Below, piece by piece: positions 1 to 8,590 of a stretch of 17,911 bases of DNA. A program made the translations under genes and the position numbers. Position 1 is the stretch's first letter. Every line of letters starts with the position of its first letter. This stretch comes from Chlorokybus atmophyticus (lineage: Eukaryota > Plantae > Mesostigma and Chlorokybus algae): positions 1-17,911 of the forward strand of contig RHPI01001925.1 of the NCBI GenBank assembly GCA_009103225.1, in the 5' to 3' direction. The notes below the pieces were generated by a model. The model made no database searches and was not told where the DNA came from. It was given only the letters and a program-made list of their open reading frames with translations.

Positions 1-84
1 CCCTAACCCTAACCCTAACCCTAACCCTAACCCTAACCCTAACCCTAACCCTAACCCTAACCCTAACCCTAACCCTAACCCTAA
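1..84 (+). repeat. Telomeric repeat (CCCTAA)14, i.e. TTAGGG-type chromosome end
   Basis: 14 perfect CCCTAA units from base 1, then an abrupt switch to unique sequence at 85. Confidence 0.98.
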
Positions 85-101
85 TTCTCTTAGGCACCAA
101 C

Positions 102-993
102 ATTTGCCTATAAAACCATTGGTAAATTCACACTCTATTCTATAAGCGGGGTTATTCTCATGGAGCGAAGTCTCTTAGCGAGGGTAGACTACGTAATTGT
201 CCCACGGTCCCCCGGAACCGAATCAGGGTTGGTGACGTCAGTGAAACATAAGGCAGTTAACCTTTTATCAGTAAATTCATCAAGCTCAATTTACCCCTCG
301 CCCCATGAAAAAGTGCACGGTCTATGATGTTTGCGGGGTCTCGGGCGATTCGCTAGTGTGGAGCGTCTTCATCTGCCATTTTGCCATCAACGACACTACA
401 CATCCTTCGCTACAGGTCATCGGCACGTGTAAATCTTGTACAGTAGATATAGACAACCCTACTAAAAACGATTGAACACCCGATCGCAGCAGCGACCGAG
501 CTGAACCGCGATTCCTGCCGCGGCTAATTACAGTCTACCCCCGTCACAAGAATCGCGTTTATTTTTTAGCTTTTCATTCCACTAACGGGGTTATTGTCTT
601 GGCGTTGATAAGAATATATATTCTTTAACCGTTTAAGGAATAGTTATTATGTAAATGGGGGTATTGACTGATTACCCCAAGCCACGTCATCATATGCTGA
701 CGTGGCAAAAATGGAATTTATACTTTCTGTGTATATTATACAATATCGTACATGGCTTTTATTGAAGGTGACGTATATTTTAGTATCAGCAAAATAGTTA
801 TGCTGTTAACAATGTATTCCCCCATTATAAGACTAACCCCACTTAGAATTTCAAGCCTTCTCTTTAGTCTTATTACATATAAGACTATTCCACTAACCGA
901 AGATATTTGCCTATAAAACGATCGGTCTTTTGTAAAACGATGATCTTAACGGGGTTATTCTCTTAAAGCGACGTCTTTTAACGGGGGTAGACT
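102..993 (+). repeat. Diverged subtelomeric direct repeat, about 90 bp, copies at 102-190 and 905-993
   Basis: Three anchors sit at a constant 803-bp offset: ATTTGCCTATAAAAC (102/905), CGGGGTTATTCTC (147/950), GGGTAGACT (182/985). 147-190 vs 950-993 match 37/44; 102-123 vs 905-926 match 20/22. Confidence 0.8.
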
Positions 994-1003
994 GTACATG
1001 TAT

Positions 1004-1428
1004 CCGGTTACGGTATCCAATTACTCGGTCCCACCTTTTGCTCGTTTGCAGACCAAAAGGTTTGGCTTGACCGCGGCCAAGCAACCAACCTTCATGCCGA
1101 AGCAAAAGGTGCGGCCTACCTACGGCTAACTGACCAAACGAAGCCACGGTCAGTTAGCCGGTAGCCTAGATTCTCCGGTACACCACCGCTAGCCGGTACG
1201 TGTGGCCTGGTCGCCGCAGTTACGAACCAGGCTTGATTACAGCAACTGTACCTTGTCGTACCAGTAATTCGCGGGTGCAACCGGCCCTGATCCGGTCAGT
1301 AGGACCATGCCATCCGGCTCTGGGACCGGACTACCATTGGTCCGGTCACGCCGAATCAGTTGCGACATCGGTACGCTACATCGCACCGCACCGGGCCGCG
1401 TACGGCTGGTCTGCGCATAAAACCCCTG
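1004..1428. mobile_element. Possible terminus of a hAT-type DNA transposon (CCGG-rich subterminal array plus TIR-like end)
   Basis: Ten CCGG tetramers, nine within 1158-1394. The array ends in TAAAACCCCTG (1418-1428; reverse complement CAGGGGTTTTA), which resembles hAT termini. No partner TIR or 8-bp TSD found. Confidence 0.35.
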
Positions 1429-1481
1429 TGTGAGACTCTCAAGAAACAGCTTGTCGCCGCCAACGCGCAATACGCGTAGTA

Positions 1482-1505
1482 GGGTAAAACTGCCTAATTT
1501 GGGCG
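1482..1505 (+). repeat. Left TIR GGGTAAAACTGCCTAATTTGGGCG
   Basis: Inverted match to 5038-5061 with 3 mismatches; preceded by TA. Confidence 0.9.
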
Positions 1506-1856
1506 AAATAAGGTAGCACATCTAATAACTTTCGGTGGGTTCGTTATTTGGCGGATATGTATGAGGCAAAGTTGAAGCCTATCCAATTGCCTACACGTGG
1601 ATATTTTTTTTATATTTTTCTGACAAGTGACGCGGCAGTTATGCCGCGCCAATGGGCATAGTGTAGAGGCTGGCGGCCAAAATGGCACCTGACCTAATTT
1701 GAGCGCTAGCCTTCCCTGCCTACAGTGAGGGAAGGCACCGGCCTTTGCGTGTGGGTGGCGGGGGACTTGTGGCGGCGGCTGTGCTGGCAGTGGCAGCTGG
1801 CTTTTCCCGCCACCAGTATGGTAGGTAGACAGCTTTTACTTTGCCTTAGGCAGGTT

Positions 1857-2098
1857 GTGCTTGTGCATGTGCGTGGTGTTGTTGTTGTGGGCGGCAAGGC
1901 AATCACAGTAGGGCTTGCATGTAAGGGTGCAGGGTGGAAAAGCTGAGTGTTCCGGGTGAACCCAGCCTACCAACCTGAGTGCTTGTGCATGTGCGTGGTG
2001 TTGTTGTTGTGGGCGGCAAGGCAGGGCGGCAAGGCAACCATCACAGCAGGGCTAGCAAGGTACGGTGACAAGGGGGTTGCATGTAAGGGTGCAGGGTG
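1857..2098 (+). repeat. Imperfect tandem duplication downstream of the transposase gene
   Basis: Identical 45-mer at 1857-1901 and 1979-2023; identical 22-mer at 1915-1936 and 2077-2098. Confidence 0.9.
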
Positions 2099-2147
2099 TA
2101 TTATGTACAAGGGTTACAATGTTGTGCGCTATGCTATCGCTATAGGC

Positions 2148-4482
2148 CTACTGTCTATGTTGAGCAGCACGCTTCGCTCTCCAGCGTGCGCCTGCATCTT
2201 TGCAATCTTCTCTTGGCCATCTTGAGTACATGCGGTTGGTGATGAACTCAGACCACCTCAGGAATGGTTCATGGTGCTCGCTGACCCACAGCATAGGTTC
2301 CCAGTCCCACTGGTTGAGCAGAGTTGTAGCTTCTTGGCGTGTCCTCTCGCGCCGCTCCTCTTCCAAGCGTGCAGCTGCATCTCTGTCTGACTGTTCTTGT
2401 GCTTGCTGTGCTTGCTTGGCCGCTGCATCTGCTGCTTTTGCTGCACGTTTGGCTGCCTTCTCTGCATGTTGGGCTGCTGCTTTGGCTGCTTGCTGCTCCT
2501 TCCTTACTGCAGATGTTTGAGCCTTCTGGGCTGATGCAGCTGCTCGGTTTGCACCTGCTGCAGCTCGTGCATCCCATTCCTTTGCTGAACTGCTTCCTTC
2601 TCTCTCCTCTTCTCCTCTTCCAGCTCAAACTGTCGGTTCCTAATGTCTTCGTGTGTGAGCCATTCTGCAGTTTTGGGTCTCACCCCAACTTTTCTCTTTT
2701 TAGGTGGAGGGGGAGCAGGGATGTCCACTGCTGGTGTTGCTGTCTCTTCCCCGACTTCCTCCTCCTCTCTGGGCTCCTGGTTGACACCATCAACGGCATC
2801 CACCAACACATCCAGCAGTCCCTTCGGAGGCTCAGGAGGCAAGTACTTGTCCACCGCAGCATCATTCCAGGGTGAGATTCCTGCATGCACAACTGTGAGA
2901 CACCATTCATGTGCCTGTGCATGTGCATGCTCATTTGCTTGGCATTATGCAACAACACGCATAGCAGCACATCTTACCACATGCCTTGAAGCCAGCCACT
3001 ATGTTGCTTGCACTCAGCCCTGCATGGAAGCATGGCACGATCATCTTTAGGAACTCTTCATTAGGAAGCCCTCTCACATTCCTGTTTCGGTTGTTCCAAG
3101 CACGATACTCCTTCCGAGCCTGTGCCTTGAAGCTGCTGAAGCAGGTTACATCCAGCACCTGTAATCTGTGTGTCGTGTGTGGCGGCAGGACCAGTACCTC
3201 CAGTCCCATGTCCTTGCACTTGTCTATTGTGGCCACACTGTAACGACTCACGTGGCCATCACAGATCAGCAGCGCATGGCTGGAAGGACTGATGCCACCA
3301 GGCAGGTGCTTAGCAAGGTGATCAATCCAAGTGGCGAAGTGCTCGGTGGTCATCCAAGCATTTTCTTGCACGCTGAGGGAAGCACCAGGCGAGCTGAAGG
3401 CTTCCGACCATTCTGGGTAAAGGTGCTTCCCGTTTAGGATTGCTGTTAGAGGGATAGCATAGCCAGCTCCCGTCACAGCAGCCATCAAGGTGATGTGTTG
3501 TCTTGCACCTGATGTTGCCAACTGTGCCCATTTTGATCCACTGCACACAACAATTGTGTTAGCTATTGCAGCACTCGGCATTGCAAGCATAACACTTACC
3601 TTTTGACCACCACTTGCGTGTTCCTCATTGTGGAGTCAGGCTCGATGCCAATCTCATCACAGGAAACAATGCGTTCTGGTCCTACGCCCATCACCTGCAG
3701 CACTTCCTTCAGCCGCTTGAAGTAGTCCTTGACAATCCACCTCTTGAAGCTGGTGCGCCTACTGGAATCTACTGGCTCAGCCTTGCGCTTGCTGAGCTTG
3801 TTCCTCTTCATGAACAGCCTCACCCACTTCTCACCAGGTACCCCATCCTTAAACTCCTCTCTCCGCTTGTCCTTGCACAACATCTTAGCCACATGCACTG
3901 CAATCTCATTGGCCGTCATTGCTTGGCCAATGTCGTTCTGGTAGGTGAGGAATTGGACTAACTGTGCCTCCTCTTCTGCAGTCAGTACACTCGGCCTCCC
4001 CGCTCCCCTACACACGCAGGAGATCATGAGCTCAGCTACCAACACTACTAACCTTGCAGCAACAAAGTGCCCACTTACTTGTAAGCTTGTAGCTGTTCAG
4101 GACTGCCTATGTAGCGCTTCAAGGTGGACTCTGCAAGACCAAGGTCTCGGGCAGCCTCTGCAGCTGTCATACAACCTTGCTGGACAGCATGGATAGCCTC
4201 CTTCACAGCGGGGAAGAGGAGCTCTCTGTCTTTCCTCTTCATGTATGGGCCCCTCTTGTGTTGTAGCTGCTGTGCCTTCTCACGTAGATGCACTTGCTTG
4301 TTGGTGACGCGCTTAGCACCAGATGCTGCAGTTCTTGTCACCTGCAGCACGCCAGCATGAGTGCCTTGCCTAAGGCACAATGACTAAGTGGCGTGCACAC
4401 TACAACCCTTGGCCATGATGACAAGCAGTCTGAGCCATTACTGAGCATTTGCACAGCTGCATTAGCTTACCCGTGTAGGCAT
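2148..4482 (-). CDS. pogo/Fot-like DD35D transposase (psq-type HTH + CENP-B/Tc5 HTH + DDE_1), 5 exons, one late frameshift
   Basis: Model: exons 4482-4471, 4341-4079, 4007-3600, 3540-2978 and 2880-2148; GT-AG introns of 129, 71, 59 and 97 nt, all phase-compatible. Motifs: EAIHAVQQGCMTAAEAARDLGLAESTLKRY (HTH), GRPSVLTAEEEAQLVQF...WVRLFMKRN (CENP-B-like), SCDEIG / ICDGHVS / LQVLD (35 residues between D2 and D3), spliced FKACGISPWN. As written it stops at 2506-2504 (540 aa); one extra base near 2582 would give 659 aa ending at 2148. Confidence 0.88.
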
Positions 4483-5037
4483 AGCAACTTGTGTATACTT
4501 GTAACCAAGCCTTTACCTCCACACCGTGTCTACCTCCTCACCAATGAACAACCAACTTGCATGCGTGCAATGCAACCCCAACTCTGCACTTGCACAGCAA
4601 CGCCACCAGCACACTAACACGCTGAAACAACTCCTAGCACCGTTACCCCGCAGCCAACACTATTCCACACTAAGCTTACGAACCTTACGCGCACAACGTA
4701 ATGTGGTGGCAACCTAACTTTTGCAAATGTCACTGGAATGCGCTGCAACTTAGCCAGAAGTTGCATGATAAAGACACTAACACGTTGCAAAAAACCCCAC
4801 ATAAAAAGCTACAACCGTTCATAAGTTATAACAGTTGTAAGTTATAAACATGTAGGTGCACTTATTGCATTGATGTTTGAAAATGCAAATCTCCCGCCAC
4901 ACTGGTCCAAACGCGATGAGGTTTGGTTTAAACGGTGGCCCTAGGCCATTCCTAACCGTCCCTAGCCCCCCAACGCGATCCCATAACCCTAGCGGATCTG
5001 ACGGCCAAAAAACTGCAATCGCTCAAATTAGGGCGCC

Positions 5038-5061
5038 CGCCCAAATTAGGACGGTTTACCC
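5038..5061 (-). repeat. Right TIR (reverse complement GGGTAAACCGTCCTAATTTGGGCG)
   Basis: Inverted match to 1482-1505; followed by TA. Confidence 0.9.
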
Positions 5062-5479
5062 TAGAGGCAAAGTGCCGAAAGCGGTGTCAAGCCCCGAAAC
5101 GTTTTGCTTTTCTGCCGTTCACCCCACATACGGGTGAGGCCATTCCTAGTTGGGCTGCTTTGCTGCTTGTACTGGTATATACCGCATGCACTTTATGGCC
5201 TTCAAAGCTTGATGCCTACGGCAGCAAGCTTAAAGAACCCCTGTTGCTCATCCTCTGCGCACACGCGCGCATGTGTGTTTATATGACGTTACATGCATCT
5301 ACACATGCCGCGCGATTGCAATCTGTAGCTTGGTGGACCTGCTCGTAGCCTCAATGAGGACATTGATGGTAGATTAGTATACGAACATCATACAAATAAA
5401 ACTAGCAGCGTCACACTGCTATGGCTTTGTCATGCATATCACTTTAACGGCGCTTATCACATCTTTAAAAACGCATGGT

Positions 5480-5900
5480 TGCAGAACAAGTATCCATTAT
5501 GCACTGCAGATGCAATGGCAAACATACCGACAGAACGCGCATCACAGCTTCTCAGTGACATCGTAGTCATCAACAAGCTCGCCCAGGCGAAGTTGGAGCT
5601 GGAAGAGCAGCCCTTTGCAAGGGCAATTGATATGCAGTGCACGAGGCGATATACTAGGTGGCCAACACGTGCGGTATCATGAGCCCAGCACCCCACGCAT
5701 GGTTGTCGGCCACAAGAAGCTCGTCACTGATCACTACATGGCATGCAGGTGTATGTAGAAACATACTTGCATACTTGTCAACATCAGCAACGATCCGGAC
5801 CAACAGCTGCTAATAGTATTGCTGCAGCAGCCAGTGCAGGCACACAAGTGCCTCGTCGTACGCTCATCGCCATGCTCGTTATTATAACGCAATGATTGCA
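5480..5900 (+). pseudogene. Possible highly degenerate Ty3/gypsy RNase H-end / integrase zinc-finger remnant
   Basis: Fragments in shifting frames occur in the expected order: TADAMANIP (cf. ADALSR), YHEPSTPRMVVGHKK, GMQVYVETYLHTCQHQQR, VLLQQPV, LIAMLVIITQ. Each is weak by itself. Confidence 0.3.
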
Positions 5901-6819
5901 ATGTGCATGCTGTCACGTCAGCGGTCCAGATGAGGCCAACTTCCTCGTAGATGCTAAAAGCCAAATCTCATCCCCGCGCCACTAGCATCAGGAGGCATTT
6001 CCGTCAGCCAGGCCTACAGCCAGGCATCGACCCCGGCAATTGGCATGGGTCCCGCGCGACATTTGGCAAATCAAAGTCAGTTCACGTAGGTACCTAGTAT
6101 TTAGTGATAGCCACACTAGCTGATCCGTTGTGAGTGTGACCTAGAGGTATTCATGTCATTTCGTAAACTAGCCATTATCTTAGAACTGAACAGTTGTCAC
6201 TTGACTATAAAGGCTTGGAACGTAGTCTCTGTGCGTTAATGACACTATGAGCAAGATTTGAGGACTTCGGGATTACAAAGTACGAACCTTGATCTTTTGA
6301 AGTGCTCTGAACATGCTCCTTTTTTTGGAAGGTTGTGGCTTGATGTGATCGCATCACCTCGATGCCCTGGTGGCCATAACACATCTACATCTACACGTGA
6401 CAGTGCAGTGCATCTACACGTGCATTGCTTGTCACTTGATGTGATTGTGGTTGCGTGGGTGCACGTTGTGTAGTCCGCATCGGAGTGTGGTATTGACATG
6501 TTGCCGCGTTCATACACCTCACTTCATAGGAATGGAATTATCTTGACCTCATGCAAGGAATTGTATAAGCAGCACTACCTCTAATAGTGGCTTGTTAACT
6601 TACAGTGTTATCCTCCTTGTACAAGTCAGTGTTGTGCATTAGTATTGCTTGCATTCTTGCAGTGACATTAGTTGCATCAATGTGGTGGTATCATTGTCAG
6701 CACATAGTGCAGCTACACGCACTAGTGTGTTGGGTCATAGCATTGGGGGAGTTGCAGTAGAGCACACACACTCTACCTCGCATTTTCCTTCGCTCACCGT
6801 GTTACCTGCATGAGTCCCT

Positions 6820-8574
6820 AGCAGATCGAGAGTCCACTCATCGTTACGGACTTTCTTCTGTTGCTAAGGAGAACACTAGCAACTTCAATAGCTGATTGGG
6901 CTCTGACCGATCCTACGGGTCATACGGCGAAGAAGAGGGCGACGACAACATTTACAAACCCCGTTCTTTTCAACACGCAGCGCAAGACATACCACTTCCC
7001 GTCGTCGAGTTGAAGACTTCATCGACCCGCTTGATAATGACGACATGGAGTTAGCAGGCTCCACTCGTGGTCTCACCTTCTCCGGACGTCCTAGCACAAC
7101 ACCATTAGATGAATGGATCATCCAGTTCAACTCCAGGATGAGCTACCATGCGATCAAGACCCCCAACTGGTCAGATGCAATGTCTTTCCGCATGGCTACA
7201 CCCTGCGTAGACCACGAGGCGCATGCGGTGTATAGGTTAGTTGCAGCACAACATAAGATTGGAGGGTACGGGGTTCCGGACGGCACCAGAGCTCTGCCCA
7301 TGGAGGCCACGACCCCTGGCGCCCCTACCTCGCCCATAATCATCATCATCCAATTATTCCAGCTACCCCACTGCAAGGCCCTACCCTTACGGAAGCTCTG
7401 ACCGCAGCTCAGTTAACAGCTGAAGCGGATGTACCATCGATGGACACACTCTGGTCGAGCGTGAGCTAGCGGAGGCACAATAAGCCCGTCGTGCCCAAGT
7501 ACGCCTGCTAACATACAGGCTTCGAAGAACAATAAACAGCGGTGGACGCGGCATAGGCGCGACAATTGCGCTGCTGTCACGAAAACCCTTGTTCATAGAA
7601 AAACTCAAGGGACACCGAACACAACTGCAGTAGTACTTGTACCTCGCGCTCCGGCATATCTTGCCGCCACAAACCAGCCAGATGGTGGAAGAGCGCCACT
7701 TCAGGCGCAAAGCATGAGAGGATCCCTGCGCACGTACACCCACATGGTCAAGCTGCAGAAGAACACCAACTACAAGATCCTCAGCGACAAAGCTGCCACT
7801 ATGGTGTTTATCACTTAGCTGGAGCCTCCACTGAACAGGATGGTGGACAACGCTCCCAATCATACCCGACCACAAGGGTATTTGCTGCTTCAAGCTTTTA
7901 AAACAGCCCAGGCAATCCACAACCGTAAGGTGTGGATGAGAGCAGTGCTGGACATGATCTCTGGTCCCTCACCCACCGTGCCTCTGCCTTTGCTTCTGAC
8001 CCCAGCTAATGTGCCCGCAAGTCTTATCCCACCAACATGCCAAAACCTCCGGCAAAGTCAGCTCACACTGCACTCTTGCTCCTGTTGTCATCGCTATGGT
8101 CGTCATGGCCATTACCAAAAGGACTGCACAGGGGAGTATGGCAACCTGACGTGCGATTATTACTGCCACAAGAGTGGACACTTGGAGGCAGTCTGCTACG
8201 CTAAGCACTCTGAGTTGTGACCCTCAGACATCTACGACGGCAGCGGCGTGTACAGCAACAACAACAACGACGACGACGACGACAACAGGGGCAAGGACTC
8301 AGCCAACAACGGCTACCAGGGGAAGAACAAGCCTCCAAAATACAGACACAACCAACATGGTGGACCCAAGGCAGGCAACACCGCACACAAGGCGCTTGTT
8401 GCAGAGGACACTGTGGTTGCTGCTCTTACAGCATGGATGGATGAGCTTCACGCGATGCTGAAGGGCAAGGATGACAAGTACGCTCATGCTACACGGCACG
8501 ATGGGCGGCAATGGGAGTTAAGCGCAATGAGGAAACCCCACCTACGCGTCTTCAACCACCGCGCCAAGCTTTAA
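6820..8574 (+). pseudogene. Decayed gag-like ORF with two CCHC zinc knuckles
   Basis: LTFSGRPSTTPLDEWIIQF (gag N-terminal-like), VFIT*LEPPLNRMV, CHRYGRHGHYQKDC (C-x2-[C>Y]-x4-H-x4-C) and CDYYCHKSGHLEAVCYAKH. The frame continues past TGA 8218-8220 into an Asn/Asp-rich segment ending at TAA 8572-8574. Several stops and frameshifts. Confidence 0.7.
8257..8286 (+). repeat. Compound trinucleotide tract (AAC)4(GAC)5AAC encoding NNNNDDDDDN
   Basis: Read directly from sequence, within the gag-like frame. Confidence 0.9.
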
Positions 8575-8590
8575 AAACGCTGGTCTATCT

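Larger units (their letters stand above)
1482..5061 (-). mobile_element. Complete pogo/Fot-like (IS630-Tc1-mariner superfamily) DNA transposon, 3,580 bp
   Basis: TA at 1480-1481 and 5062-5063. The 24-bp TIRs (1482-1505, 5038-5061) match 21/24. Internal spliced DDE_1 transposase. Confidence 0.92.

Noticed and set aside
2200-3050. Plus-strand ORFs 2200-2520, 2339-2875 and 2643-3050, and similar ORFs opposite pol
   Set aside because: Antisense shadows of transposase or pol sequence with no independent motifs.
5231-5243. Second hAT-like end TAAAGAACCCCTG
   Set aside because: Same orientation as the 1428 end, no subterminal array and no TSD. Too short to exclude chance.
6686-6693. PBS-like TGGTATCA in the family A leader
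   Set aside because: Not preceded by an LTR-type CA end, and copy 2 reads TGTTATCA at the homologous site.
8566-8580. Programmed +1 frameshift at CTT-TAA-A linking gag to the downstream Ala/Thr-rich frame
   Set aside because: The geometry fits, but the +1 frame is already open from 8531 and the element has many random indels. It cannot be told from decay without intact copies.
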